Shown here in pieces: positions 1 through 13,655 of a stretch of 64,000 nucleotides of DNA; the stretch's first letter is position 1; every line of letters starts with the position of its first letter. Position numbers and translations under genes: made by a program. The notes under the pieces are model-generated. The model saw nothing but the letters and a program-made list of their open reading frames with translations. It was not told the origin of the DNA and searched no databases. The stretch is from Eledone cirrhosa (lineage: Eukaryota): the NCBI GenBank assembly GCA_964016885.1, contig OZ024740.1:186186001-186250000 (forward strand). Direction: 5' to 3'.

Positions 1-21
1 TATATATATATACATATATAT

Positions 22-242
22 ACAATATATTAACAAATGGAAACAATATTTATAAAACCATATTTATTTCATTATACATATTTCAAGGGCCACCAAAGCA
101 GATTATGGTGCGCTTTCTTCAGATGAAATATAATATAGATTAGTTTTATAAATAAATATTGACATACTCTGAAGAAAATGCAACCTTCACGGTTGAAGTC
201 TCCTGGTTTTATAAATATAGTTTCCATTTGTTAATATATTGT
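22..242. repeat. Inverted repeat (~39-bp arms) enclosing a hammerhead motif; probable inverted PLE pseudo-LTR fragment
   Basis: acaatatattaacaaatggaaacaatatttataaaacca (22-60) is the near-perfect reverse complement of tggttttataaatatagtttccatttgttaatatattgt (203-242). Confidence 0.7.
65..130 (-). ncRNA. Minimal type I hammerhead ribozyme
   Basis: Minus strand reads TATTTCAT-CTGAAGA-AAGCGCACCA-taatctgctt-TGGTGGCCCTT-GAAA-TATGTA-TA-ATGAAATA. It has a perfect 8-bp stem I, an intact CUGANGA/GAAA core, an imperfect stem II and an AUA cleavage triplet. Confidence 0.85.
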
Positions 243-523
243 ATATTTACTCCAATAATTTGTTGAGTGCTTTATATCAGTTATAAAACTATTTTGCTTG
301 TTATAGCCCAACAAATTAAAAATAACTTCTACATATATATATATATGTTTATGTCGATGTATATATGTATATGTAGATATATATGTGTGTGTATGTACAT
401 ATATATACATATATACACATATGTATGTAAGACCATGAATGCACATCCACTCACAAATACTTATATATATATATATGTGTGTGTGTGCATGTGTGTATTC
501 ATACATATATATATACAAACATA

Positions 524-556
<33 letters not shown>

Positions 557-1065
557 ATACATATGTATTTTCTGTAGCACTTAATCAGCGTTAAGCATAA
601 TGGGGGAACATATGAAAGTATATGCAATCATTGTATATACAATAAAAATATGGGACCCTCTACATCAATAGAAACATTTATGTTTCTACCTTTTTCTCTG
701 TGAATAGAACGTAAAGAATCCGGTAGCATTCGAAAATGCCAGACAGCGCGCTTTCAAGATTCGTTAATCTTTTATCAATGGCATTAACTCAACCGGGACG
801 ACATGAACATAGTCCAATGTCTATATAAATTTTGCGGGAAGAACATTTGTGGGAGAGGCTTATTTACATATAGTGCGAACCTGGCTTCTTATATTTAATT
901 GGCAGTGGCACTAAGACAGAGTTAAGCGGAATAGTGTGTATATGGAAGCATATACTATATGTTTATATACAATAAATATATATAATTACGAAATTAAATT
1001 TTCCTATACTCATAAACACTGTCATATTTAGTCAGACAATTACATACGTGCACACATACTCACAA

Positions 1066-1133
<68 letters not shown>

Positions 1134-1676
1134 TTTTTTCTTGTTTTTTCCTTTTTTTCCTTTTTTTTCCTTCGTTTTTATATTCCTTTTTTTTCCCTTC
1201 GTTTTTAACATTCTTTAATAACATCGAACTCTTATTTATCACATCTATATGAATTAATATAAATTTATCCCTATAAGTATACCTATCTAATAAATTAATT
1301 TAATTTCTTGTTATAGATCTAAATTCCTTGTGTTTTAAATAAGATTGGTATTTCTCACTAACACATTTACCCTAAAATGTTATTCTCCTTCGATTTTAAC
1401 ATTAGCATTATTCTTTAATAATTTAATAAGTTTCGTGTACTTTTCACCGGCTTGACCTCTTTTCATCCCCAGAGTAATCCTTTCATTCAAAGTATTCTTT
1501 CCATTCAAAACTGAAGTTTGCATTCCTCTACCCTTAAATTAAATTCCTACTACTACTATTCTATCAACTTGACCACTTACTACTTTTCTATTGGTCAATA
1601 CAAAACCTTTTCCCAAACAGACCTATTATATTAAATCTTTGTTGGGTTTTTTCAATAAACAAATATCATTATTTCT

Positions 1677-1857
1677 TTGGCAGTATCGGTAGAGGGTCAG
1701 ACACCATGCTTTCCAGCATAGTTACGCCCCTTTACGATCTGAGTTCAAATCCCGCTGAGGTTAACTTGGCCTTTCATCCTTACGGGGTCGATAAAATAAA
1801 GTACCAGTAATGCACTGGGTAATTTCTGGCCTTGTGCCAAAAGTAGAGACAATTATT
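1677..1857 (+). mobile_element. tRNA-derived SINE (family A)
   Basis: A-box-like TGGCAGTATCGG, B-box GAGTTCAAATCC, conserved body gcctttcatcct..ggggtcgataaaataaagtaccagt and tail ccttgtgccaaaagtagagacaattatt. About ten copies occur in the window. Confidence 0.85.
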
Positions 1858-2242
1858 TCTGAAGACATCATATATATGTGTAGGTATGTATATTTCCTGT
1901 CATACTTTGTAAAATTTTTACATAGATCTATATGATATACATACCAACACACACATATATATCCTAGAAACGATCGTAAAATGTTGATTTTTTTTAATAT
2001 AATGAACTGTTTCTTTGTTTTTATTCATTGTTTTTATTAATTTATCTTGACTCTGTTTTCTTCTGATTTTCATCGAAAAAATGTTTGAATACATCTCTTT
2101 TCATGATATTTGGATTACATTGAGTTCTTCATACGGATTGGACACTACAGTATATTTTTAGTTGATTTATCTACATATATATATATATATATTTCCAACT
2201 CCACCCCGCCCGTCCCTTTATTCTATCTTATTTCTCATTCTT

Positions 2243-2278
2243 TCTTCTGATGAAAGACTGGCGTCCGAAACGTTAAGA
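2243..2278 (+). ncRNA. Minimal type I hammerhead motif in a short pseudo-LTR-like repeat (2195-2352)
   Basis: TCTT-CTGATGA-a-aGAC-tggc-GTCc-GAAA-CG-TT-AAGA, with stem III reduced to the palindrome AACGTT. A decayed second copy lies at ~49145-49305. Confidence 0.7.
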
Positions 2279-2352
2279 CCCTTTTCCTGTTATTTCAAGC
2301 GTTAACCTATTATATTCCTGTATTGATTGTATTGTTATTTCTGTTTAGCTTT

Positions 2353-2505
<153 letters not shown>

Positions 2506-3380
2506 TTATTTATTAAAATAACAGATTCAAGTTTAGGCAAAGAATCGCTGCTTTCACCCTAAACGGGATCTTCTGAAACTAACAAAGTCAATCTGTAAAC
2601 ACAGAAGTGAATAATTCAAAAACGATACAACAAAAGGAAGACAGGAAGACGATACTTTGGTTCGTGGTAACGTTCCCTGGCAAAGAACGGGGAAAAAACG
2701 AATATAATACGTCATTATGTGGAGCGGTGAAAAACAATTACACGCAATGACAGAACCACGTTTATGGTATAAACGAAGTCTTAGACTAATATTCTCTAGG
2801 TGGTCCATAGAGACGTTCTCTGGCAATGAACGGAAGAGTTAAGAATAAAGTAAATAAAATACAGAGGTAATTGGAATTAAATAAATACATACACGCATCC
2901 AAATACGTACATACACAAGCATACGCGAAAACACTCGCCATAGTTATACAATTACACGCACATATAAATGTGTGTGTGTGTGTGTGTACGTGTATACAAA
3001 TAATTAAATAAATGTATATAAATAAATAAATACGTATATAACAAGCGCACACACATACCTACATGTAAATACACAAATGTTCGGAGACCAACGTCAACCA
3101 AAACAAGAAGTACACATATACACACACCCTACATATGTACGAACCGGCATACTCACACAGACGCAAAACTCACGTATACACATAACCAAAAGCATATGTA
3201 CCAGAATATATAAAAATATACGCCATAACATATACAATCAAATATATGTACGAGAAAGTATACGTACCTTCACAAAACATACAGGTAATATATACTTACC
3301 TATGCAAATAAGTAATGATATAAACATAACATATACTTAGCTACCACATCAAGACGTAGAATATCAGCGTATAGATCGTA

Positions 3381-5510
3381 CTATCCGTTAGGGTATAATA
3401 TGGGGCTGTAATACAGGAACGTTTTGTGCAATTCATGTTTACAAGCCTAAATTGCCTCAGAATTTTTGTTTAAGATGTGGTCTGTGACGTAGAGTATTTC
3501 CAGGGCCTCAGTGGCGCAGAGGACACATGGTCTTTTATTTCCGCAATACGATCTAGCCCTAGCTAGGATCTCCCAGTGTAAGTTATATTGGATGTAGTTG
3601 TCTTTTAGACTCCAGATATAAGCTGAAAGTGACGTAATATTCCTTCTTAGAGGGTAACGAAAAGAATGGGTATGCATGTAATGACGATGCTTGAATCTAT
3701 TGACGGTTTACCCTATGTAGGCCCTACGGAACGTGGGTGTTTCAACCTTACATTTGTAGACGAAGTTACTAGAGAGGCATTTCCCGGATAGGGGGCAATC
3801 AACCCGATTCCTACAATTACAGTTAGTACTAACTACAGGGTTTCGCGTGTTTCTACGGCTAGGTAGTTTAGCTAAATTTGAAGCTGTGATGTTATGTGCA
3901 AGGTTAGGAGTCGTAGAGTAAGAATTTTTAATAGTATTTCTATTAAAAATGTTACTCTATTTATGTGTAGGGGGAAAATGCTTCGTAATAAGGGATAGAA
4001 GGATCTTAGCTAATGGTGTGCACACCTCCATATTATATGGTGTGTTATACCATATAATGCGTCAGGATCTATTTCTTCTAGGTCTATTCTCGTACTCTGT
4101 ATATGCTACCTTATCGACAAATCCACTCCGAGCAAGAGCTTCATTGTAATATGTGGAATTGTAGTTGAAAATATGCTCGTTAGTAGTTAGACGGGAAAGC
4201 CTCAACGAAACGTTTCTTACTAGGTTCTTGGTTATGCTGGCAGGATGGTTGGAATGCTTACTTATGTAATTAAGCGTATCATTCGGCTTTCTATACGGGT
4301 AATACAAGCCATTCGATAAATTGAGGGTAACGTCAAGGTATATAACGACCGAGAAGTTGGCCTCAACCTGTATAGAGAGGTTGAAGCCTTTAAAGAAGGC
4401 GGTGAGTTCTTTTCTGAACCTGTCGCAAGCACGAGGGCCGCACTTAGTCATGGTCAAAAGACCATCATCACGGTAAAAACCACCGCCCACGTTGGGGAAT
4501 TCGTCCTTGATATAGAAAAGAAGGAAAAGGCCGATAAGATCAGTAACCTCCGCAGAATCGCTGGCGTCGATACTCAAGTCGAATGGGGTACTATTGGAAC
4601 TTTTAATCCAAATAGAGTCGTCGAAGTTAATCAACGACTTACGGGTATTGAGGATGACATCAATTTCGAAATCCTAAACCACTGTGAGTGTTTTAGCGAA
4701 ATTGATAGCTCTAAGGAGAAGTGGTAAAGTGATGGAGGATTAGTAATTATTGATGTCGAATTGGATAAAACGGCAATGTTGATTGCTGCATATGCCGTTG
4801 AACCAATCAATCACCGTGAAAGAATTGTTCCACGGTGCAAGAGGGGCCAAACTTCTAATTTCAGGTATAATTCTGTCAAGAATCATTTTACTAACTCTAA
4901 CTAAATCAGACTTCGTAGGGTTAATAAGCCGAATAGAGGGGTTGTTCGGAAAATTGGAGTTGTGATCCTTCAGGGTAACGTGGGGGAGAAATAGGGTCCA
5001 GAGGTTCGGTCCGGTCCAGGATGTTGACATCAGAGGTGATTTTAAACCCAGCATCGTTGATTTCATTGATGACACACCGATTAGTTTTACGGTAATCCTT
5101 AGTTACAGCATTATGTACTAGTTGATGGTAAGTACTGCGCTCCACTTCATATAGGTTGCCAGTTTTGTCGGAATGGACGTGCACGGCATTAGAATCCTTA
5201 ATAGAACGAATTATATTCTTCAAGTCCTGCTGGAAGGAATTGCTCCTATTCCAAAATTTGATACTCCGTATGAGTTCCAAGACATCATTTTCGTAGGGTA
5301 GCAATGCTGGGTTACACGGAGGGTTATTATAGGTTTTAAACCCAACTTTATCCTGTGTGTTGTCTGCTTGTGACGGATTATCGAAATAAAAGGCACGCCA
5401 ACGCAAACTTTATTGAACGCGTCTGTTTTCTGTATCAGGAGTTTTAGGTATGTTTTTCTGCTTGGTACGGGTATGTTCTTTGTAGAAATATTCAGATGTT
5501 GTTTCTGCAT
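3381..5510 (-). pseudogene. PLE RT plus GIY-YIG endonuclease ORF, frameshifted (YRDD type, possibly Hydra clade)
   Basis: STKNIP..MRWRAF, SDKTGNLY, RLINPTKS, FIQFDI, FYRDDG, YLDVTLNL, YRKPN, SNHP, then CNC..CPL.GKC..NFVY..AYIG and CVLC. The ORF is split over several ORF-track fragments. Confidence 0.9.
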
Positions 5511-6622
5511 GATGAATATAAGTCAATAGAGTGCTCAATCGACGGAGACATATAGTAATAATAATAATTTTGAAGACTAAAATCCAAAGAGGGCTCGATA
5601 AGGATAAATATATATCAAATATATAAGAATCGTAGAGCAAAAATTTATTAAAATAACAGATTAAAGTTTAAGCAAAGAATCGCTGCTTTCACCATTAACG
5701 GGATCTTCTGAAACTAACAAAGTCAATCTGTAAACGCAGAAGTGAATATTTCAAAAAATGTTACAACCGAAGGAAGACAGGAAGACGATAGTTTTGTTCG
5801 TGGAAACGTTCCCTGGCAAAGAACGGGGAAAAAACGAATATAATACGTCATTATTTGGAGCGGAAAAAACAATTACACGCATAGACAGAACCACGTTTAT
5901 GGTATAAAAGAAGACGTAGACTAATATTCTCTAGGTAGTTCATAGAGACGTTCTCTGGTAATGAACGGAAAAAACGAAGATAATACGTCATATGTGGGGC
6001 GTCGAGAACAATTGTACGCAAAGACAAAACCACGTATATGGTATAACTGAAGTCGTAGACTAAAATTCTAACTAGGAAACCTAATGATTCTCCGCTTCAG
6101 AGTTAAGAATAAAGTTAATAAAATACAGAGGTATTTGAAATAAAAAAATACATACACGCATCCAAATACGTACATACACAAGCATACGCGAAAACACTCG
6201 CCATAGGTATACAAATACACGCCCCCAAAAATATGTGTGTGTGTGTGCGTGTATACAAATAATAAAATAAACGTATATAAATAAATAAATACGTATATAA
6301 CAAGCGCACACACATACCTACATGTAAATACACAAATGTTCGGAGACGTACGTCAACCAAAACACGAAGTACACATATACACACACCCTATATATGTACG
6401 AACCCGCATGCTCACGTATACACATAACCAAAAGTATTTGTACCAGAATATATAAAAATATACGCCATAACATATACAATCAAATATATGTACGAGAAAG
6501 TATACGTACCTTCACAAAACATACAGGTAATATATACTTACCTATGCAAATAAATAATGGTATAAACATAACATATACTTAGCTACCACATCAAGACGTA
6601 AAATGTCCGCGTATAGATCGTA

Positions 6623-7610
6623 CTATCCATTAGGGTATAATGTGGGGCTGTAATACAGGAAAGTTTTGTGCAATTTATGTTTACAAGCTGAAATTGCCTC
6701 ATATATTTTGTTTAAGATGTGGTCTGTGGCGCAGAGTATTCCCAGGGCCTCAGCGGCGCAGAGGACACATGGTCTTTTATTTCCGCAATACGATCTAGCC
6801 CTAGCTAGGATCTCCCAGTGTAATTTATATTGGGTGTGGTTGTCTTTTAGGCTCCAGATATAAGCTGAAAGTGACGTCATATTTCTTCTTAGAGGGTAAC
6901 GAAAAGAATGGGTATGCATGTAAAGACGCTGCTTGAATCTATTGGCGGTTAACCCTATGTAGGCCCTACGGGACGTGAGTGTTTCAACCTTACATTTGTA
7001 GACAAAGTTACTAGAGAGGCATTTCCCGGATAGGGGGCAATCAACCTGATTCCTACAATTTCAGTTAGTACTAACTACAGGGTTGCGCGTGCTCCTACGG
7101 CTAGGTAGTTTAGCTAAATTTGAAGCTGTGATGTTATGTGCAAGGTTAGGAGTCGTAGAGTAAGAAATTTTAATAGTATTTCTATTAAAAATGTTACTAT
7201 ATTTATGTGTAGGAGGAAAATGCTTCGTAATAAAGGATAGAAAGATCTTAGCTAATGGTGTGGGCACCTCCATATTATATGGTGTGTTATACCATATAAT
7301 GCGTCGGGATCTATTTCTTCTAGGTCTTTTCTCGTACTCAGTATATGCTACCTTATCGACAAATCCACTCCGAGCAAGAGCTTCATTGTAATATGTGGAA
7401 TGGTCGTTGAAAATATGCTCGTTAGTAGTTAGACGGGAAAGCCTCAACGAAACGTTTCTTACCAGGTTCTTGGTTATGCTGGCAGGATGGTTGGAATGTT
7501 TACTTATGTAATTAAGCGTATCATTCGGCTTTCTATACGGGTAATACAAGCTATTCAATAAATTGAGGGCAACGACGAGGTAATTAACAACCGAGAGGTT
7601 GGCCTCAAAG
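6623..7610 (-). pseudogene. 5'-truncated upstream copy of the PLE family 1 ORF (RT thumb plus GIY-YIG)
   Basis: ORFs 7061..7558 and 6623..6919 are in one frame, separated by a TGA. The segment contains NFVYKC..AYIGLT..FKQR and CVLC..CKH. Confidence 0.9.
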
Positions 7611-7998
7611 ATTTCTTATCTGAAAACATTTGTTGAAGCAGATATTGATATACTTTCGGTGTGTCATGATGCTAATAAAAACGCACGCACCTGTTCGTTT
7701 TTCATTTCAATTCTTAAATTTCCGGTTGATTCGTTCAATACCCGGATGGTTGTTTATATATTGTGAAAGCTTATCGTCACACAAAAGCAAAATGGTGTAG
7801 TACAGGACAAAAGAGAGACACAAAATAAGAATTTAATCACTGGGAGGTCAAAGATTGTGAAGAAGGAGCTATCTGCTTATTGAACCAACTATCTGCTTAT
7901 TGAACCAACCAAACAGAAATTCATAATAAATTGATGTGAAAACCAACAGGTGCGTGTGTTTTTATTGACAGCCTGACGCTCTCAAAGTATAACAATAT
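7611..7998. mobile_element. Decayed inverted pair of PLE family 2 pseudo-LTR fragments
   Basis: Matches 26205-26440 and 13850-14030 (ggatggttgtttatata, gaaccaacc, ggtgcgtgtgtttt, aaagtataacaatat) in both orientations. Confidence 0.65.
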
Positions 7999-8241
7999 GT
8001 ATGTATATACATATATATATTTATATATTTATTTAGGTTTGTTGGTTCACCACTGGATAGAATTGGTCATTCCGTGTGGTTGATCTCGATGTGATATTAT
8101 GGAGAGTACTCAACGTAATGCAGCTCACCCGTCTTGAGGGTGACCGACTAAAGTAGAAGATGTTAGATGGTCGGTCATCCTCTTGTCTATGACTTTCAGC
8201 TCCATGGAGTTTATCTGCTATATTCCTTTGTTATATTTCGA

Positions 8242-8299
8242 ATGCCTGATGATAGCACCGGATTCATACGGATCCCGGTCATTGAAATGATCATAGTAT
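8242..8299 (+). ncRNA. Minimal type I hammerhead motif within a ~330-bp unit (8030-8357) between (TA)n tracts
   Basis: ATGC-CTGATGA-tagc-ACCGGATTC-atac-GGATcCCGGT-catt-GAAA-T-GATC-A-TA-GTAT. It has a palindromic GATC loop III and an AUA triplet. Confidence 0.75.
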
Positions 8300-8354
8300 A
8301 ATAAACCTTTGAAGGATTTACACAAGTCCAGCCTCCTGTCATTTATTATAATAA

Positions 8355-8415
<61 letters not shown>

Positions 8416-10019
8416 TTGCTGTAACTAACTTACCTTAACTTACCCTTTCTCCATATTCTGAAACCCTAAAAAGTACTTTATGTAATTAGAAATGTTTGTC
8501 TATGAATGTCTAAGTACATATTTTCACTTCATATCTTTCGTTATTGAAATATCAATCACTGCACATGGTGCAATATATACCTTTTCTTGAATATTCTCAA
8601 AGAAAATAGGAATCTACACAGTCATACACGCATGCACAAATAACACACACACATGATTACTCATGCATGCGCACATACACACAAACACACACCTCAGACT
8701 CATGATAAAATACTGAAAAAAACATCATTATTACTACACAATACGTCTTCCACATACACAAAATTGGTCTGAGAATAAAATCAACATTCCCTTAAATACA
8801 TTGCTTCTTTTCTCTAAACTGAAAACAGACGATTCTCGTCTGATTCATATTGTCAAAAAACAGTTCAATATCAGGTCAGGGAAGCAGATACAGAACAAAG
8901 TCAGACATTGGAATCTCATTTAAATTAATTCACAGATTTTTTGAAAAATGACTCTTTTCAACTAAAGTTGCAATGGATTTAACTATAGGACTAACCACAA
9001 CAGACACAACATCAAATGCAGCAGCTACAGCGTCTCATCATGAGTAGCGCAATAGAATACCTATAAATTGATACGATCAGGGTCATGGTCTCTAGCTCTT
9101 CTTCACATCCCAACTATTTTCTTTCTCCACTTTCTCGGAATGTCGTCAATGTCATCATCTTCTACTATTACTAAAATTAATACTTCTACCACAGTAATTA
9201 TTTATGACCCCTACCTGTCTGCCCCCGGCCTCTCTACTTTCATACTTCACAGACCCATGGAATATTTAACAAACATGAAAAATTAAAATGTATGAACTAT
9301 CATCTGCCCCGCATGACACATTTAAAAGAAACACCCAAATATGCTATTTACTATGTATGAGCCTATGCATTCGTAGTAATTGCGACTTCCCTCATTTACT
9401 TGAGACAAGACGCATCAGTCGAACAAATAACGCCAGCCAAAGCAGCACACAACCGACAACTAGGCCACCAGCAGTAAGTACTATATCAAACTTAAAGCAC
9501 CCACACGCGTAACACAGAATCCTAGAATATGCCACTTTCCCCAAAGAGAGATATTATGTCTGCAGTATGACTGTCACTTCATTTCTCTTCCTGAGACGCG
9601 ACATACTAATAGAAAGCTAACACAAAACCCACATTAAAAACATTCCATGCTATATCAGTGCTGGTTTAGACTTTCCCTGAAACTCAGAAAATCCGCAGTT
9701 TTCCAACGGGTACTAAAGCACAACCAACAACTGCAAACATATCTGTATCCAGAATCTTATCCAACAGTGCAACCACAACAGCTCCAGATATCGATACATC
9801 CATCCAAACACAAACTCCGTTTAAGTTACGATGCATCTCGCAATAGAAATACAAACAGCTTTCCAGATATAACTCAATACCAGGCTTTTCTATTATTCCA
9901 GTGCAAAAACTCACCTTATTGCTGTCATTAGCAACAAACCCAATACAATAATCCTTAAACAGTCAAAACCAGCCTCTATATTAGCTTCAACATATTTACA
10001 TAATGCACAAGTTATTAGA

Positions 10020-10545
10020 CCTTCTATAATGGTACAAAATTGAAGATCCAATTCATTGAACAATAAGTTGTCGACCATCCAAAACACATCACTTTCTTCG
10101 TCGTAACTGAGACCCACGCCGACAAGCCCCACATGAAAGCTTATGTGATGGTGAGGAATTTTACAACCATCATGGATCGCCTCGGCAAGGAAAGGGTGGA
10201 AGTGTCATTTTCTTGCATAATATTTATACAGCAGACGCAAATGACATTATCCTCAATGTTTAATGAAAATCAGCTTCACTGCACAACAAAGCCAATCATT
10301 TGACAGTAGTTGGGCTTTACTTGTCATCCAAAACTCTAAAGTGTGCTTCGAAATTGCCTCAACAGCATTAAGTGCTTTCTTCAGCAGTGCCATTCAGGTA
10401 ACATACTACTGATAGATGCCTTTTACCTCCCCTGTGTTTTTCCGTCTACAAACACTATGAAACCAGGTGACAGAGCTACAGTAGAATTACTTTTCGACTT
10501 TATGGATGAGATCATCGTGTCCAACTTGTGCTACCGCCAATAAGA
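10020..10545 (+). pseudogene. Highly decayed APE endonuclease remnant of a CR1/L2/Jockey-type LINE
   Basis: Cross-frame translation gives N.RS.LNNK, FVVTETH, DRLG..KGGSVIFL and ILLIDAFYLP (a GDFNLP equivalent) in the expected order. Confidence 0.5.
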
Positions 10546-10804
10546 TATCACAAAAGCATTTGAGCCTAGGAATTTGTGGGAATATGTCGGATGCATTTGT
10601 TTCCAAACACATAGGGGAATGGGGATTAATAACACATTAAGACGACTTTCTTGACAGTCTAACGGGCGTCGGAATTGTAACAGCTATTATCAGCCACCTA
10701 CAACCCGCCCTCTTCCACAACGCTCTGCCTAGTATATATAAGTGTGTGTGTATTTATATATACCCCGACGGCTGAGCTCCGGTCGTTTCGACAGCTAGAT
10801 CCGA

Positions 10805-10848
<44 letters not shown>

Positions 10849-11010
10849 CGTAGAAATGAGAAAAAAATCATTGTTACATTCAGATATATTTGAAGAGAAG
10901 AGAAGAATGACATCACTAATGTTTTAATAATGCACTGTTTATGAAGAGATATTTGTATTATATTCCGTGTAAATACTTATTAACTTAAAGTTCACCACGG
11001 AAGATAAGAA

Positions 11011-11099
11011 GTACTTACAAGGAATAATAATTGTTTCTGCTTTTGGCAGAAGCCCAGCAATTACCAAGTGTATTACTGGTACTTACAAGGAATAATAAT
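11011..11099 (-). mobile_element. 47-bp 3' fragment of SINE family A with a 21-bp target-site duplication
   Basis: gtacttacaaggaataataat at 11011-11031 and 11079-11099 flanks the SINE tail. Confidence 0.65.
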
Positions 11100-11124
11100 A
11101 ATAAATAATAATAATAATAATAAT

Positions 11125-13167
11125 GAGTTCTTTATTGGCCACAAGGGCTGACATCAAGAAAAACATTACAGACGGCACCGGACGGTACGATGTGGGTTTT
11201 GTGCGTGTAAATATTTTTATTATTTATATAAGAAAAAAAAAACAGGATTTAAAACATATATATATATATATAAACAATAAAAATGAAAATTGAAACAATG
11301 AAAAATACGCCAATAGGGGGGGGGGGGGAACCTTCGAGGGTTACTCGTGGCGAAAACCACACGAAAGACCACGGCCACCCTGAACACCAGGGCAGGCGCC
11401 CTCTCTCAATTTTTCTAACTCTCAAACTACAGACGTATATTCAGAGTGGTCCCGTTCACTCGGACCATTCTCGCTACATTCACCACCTTTCACCAAACTT
11501 GCTAGAAAGCAGCACTTGCCTCTCCACCCTGATTTTCCTCTTCAAGTGAAACTTGAAAAAGTTAATTAGGGATTCGCCGAAGAGGAAAGTGTTTGTCTTT
11601 AACCCTTTTAACCATGTCAACCACACAATCTCTTTCGTTGCCCTCCTACTCACCGTGGAAGGGGCTTCTTCGTTTGTTGCCTGTCCTGCTCTTGGTAGCA
11701 GCGGACCAGGTATTGGAAGGAGAGGGGCCCTCTTCGCTGCCTTCTGCAGGCAAAAGGCCCTGAGGTGACCTTTCGACCCACAGAGATAACATTTTGGCCG
11801 TCTTCCTTCTACACTTATAAGGAGTTGGAGTCCTTCCTCGATGTCTATGATATCGGGGATAGCCTCGATACATTCCTGGTCAGTTTGTATAAGCATTTCC
11901 ATGCCTATACCTGACCAGTTCTCTCTCCCTATTTTTTCTACTTGCAACATGGTCGCCCTGTTCTCAATTCCAGCAAGGACAGACGCAGCCAGCGAAGGTA
12001 TGGGCACGTCGGGTGGGACCTGGGTCACTTTGACCCTCACGATTTTTTGCCCGCAGTAGGAGGGCACCAAGGCTATCTCCTCACACTTTAGGGTTTCCAA
12101 AGAGTGAGACTTTGCTTCCTGGGGGGTGGCGAAATGTACGTCTACTGTGGCATACTTTCTGCCTCGGGTGATGTGGGTTTTGCGTGCCCAGACGCACCCC
12201 AAGGCCTTTTGAATTTGAGCCTCCGTGGCTCTCTCCACTCGATGTGAGATTTTGCTTACGGTGCGGTAAGTCACCGTCCGTAGCTGCTGGTCCTTGAAAA
12301 AATCGGGTGGAGGTTTCAGGGAAACTCTATTTGCGCTTCTTGTCACCATGGCCCTTCCGACTGCCATCTCCTCCTCTGTGACTGGCACTGTCTAGATATT
12401 TCGGCCGACACCTGCAAAAGAAGTGGTCCCTTTTTAAGCAGCACCACTATTGCTGCCGCTACTGGTCTTACTGGTGGTGCTGAGGTCGCTATTACAGGTA
12501 TCGGTGTCATTGTTGTTCTTTTCGCTGGTACAGTTGTTGGTGTTGTTTTCGTTGATACTGTTGCTGCTGTTACTGTTATTGTGGCTGTTGTTATTATTGT
12601 TGTTTTTGTTGATATTGTTCCTACTATTATTGTTGTTGTGGCTGTTGTTATTGTCGTTCTCGACCTTACCGCTGTTGTTTTTGTTATTGTAGTTCTCGAC
12701 CTTACCGCTGTTATTTTTGTTGTTGCTATTGTTATTGATGGTGTTGTTGTTGGTGTTGTTGTTGGTGTTATTGTTGGTGTTGTTTGTGTTAGAAATATTT
12801 GTTAGTTTTAAATCTGTAACAATCTTTTTTCCTTTGTAATATTTTCTTTTATATTTACCACCGCTGGAACGCTGTCTTGTTGACATGCTGATAAAGTCTC
12901 CCTCTCTCTGTGTTGTCTGACAGCGCTCTCTCTCTTTCTTGTGTTATCCATGTTGAAATTTTTCAAAAAAAATATTTTTACACAAATACGAATACGACAC
13001 CCCGTAAAGGGGTGCCGTATTATTTACTAGTGAACCCTTGTATTAGGTGGGTCACTTCTTCTAAACTTTTATCAAATTTAAAACTAGAATAAAAGGTTTA
13101 GAACGGTTGAAAAAGAGGTAAAACGTTGAAAAAAACTGGAGGCGATAAGAAGCGTGGCTTCACCAAC
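11125..13167 (-). mobile_element. Internally deleted Tx1/L1-type LINE (same family as 32978-38858)
   Basis: Has the same 5'UTR, ORF1 5' half and 3' end as 32978-38858. About 3.8 kb is missing at ~11636. (AAT)n lies on both sides. Confidence 0.93.
11480..12388 (-). pseudogene. LINE ORF1 RRM-like plus CCHC zinc knuckle, fused in frame to the ORF2 C-terminus by the deletion
   Basis: CYLCGSKGHLRAFC is followed by TVSRRAT|KEIVWLTWLKGLKTN..FFKFHLKRKIRVER. Confidence 0.85.
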
Positions 13168-13429
13168 AATAATAATAATAATAATAAAGTCTCTGTATTA
13201 AATATCGAATTATTAAAACTTAGCGACCACCAGTGAAGTCTTTCTTCTAATTTCATCGCATATATATAATGTGTGTATGTGTGTATGTGGGGGGGGGGGG
13301 GGGCACGTGTGTGTGTATAAAGGCAATTTGCAGAGTCATACGAGCATAGCAGTTTCTGTCCTGTCTCTCTTTACTCCTTGTTCGTATGACCGGAATTGAA
13401 ATATCAACTTTTCTTATTATTCTTCCAGG

Positions 13430-13655
13430 AATAATAGTTACTGATTTAGGCACAAGGCCAAACATTTTAGAGGAAGGGAAAGTCAATTTAATTGACCCAT
13501 TCCATTACCGGTGCTTTATTTTATCAACCTAGACAGGATGAAAGGGATGAAAGGCAAAGTAGAGCTTGGTGGGATTTGAACTCACAACGTAGGGAGCGGA
13601 AATATATGTCGCAAAGCATTTTCTCCAACACTCTAATGATTCTGCTAATCCAGCT
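13430..13655 (-). mobile_element. SINE family A (older variant)
   Basis: ggcacaaggcc, ggatgaaaggcaaagt and gggatttgaactc on the plus strand. Confidence 0.7.

Larger units (their letters stand above)
2510..7610 (-). mobile_element. Penelope-like element family 1 in partial-tandem arrangement (5'-truncated copy, pLTR, full copy, pLTR)
   Basis: Segment ~5644-7610 duplicates ~2510-4370. RT and C-terminal GIY-YIG motifs are present, and pLTRs flank the full ORF. Confidence 0.92.

Noticed and set aside
165-205. CTGAAGA followed by a CAACC/GGTTG hairpin on the plus strand
   Set aside because: GAAA and stems I/III cannot be formed. At most it is a decayed motif.
7061-7063. In-frame TGA at a Cys position of the PLE zinc-binding motif, suggesting selenocysteine recoding as known in Naiad PLEs
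   Set aside because: The sister copy has TGT at ~3818-3820, the element has other ordinary lesions, and I see no SECIS. A point mutation is simpler.
10760-10805. GAAAC-containing piece related to 16590-16630, a possible HHR 3' half
   Set aside because: No CUGANGA half is present in either copy.
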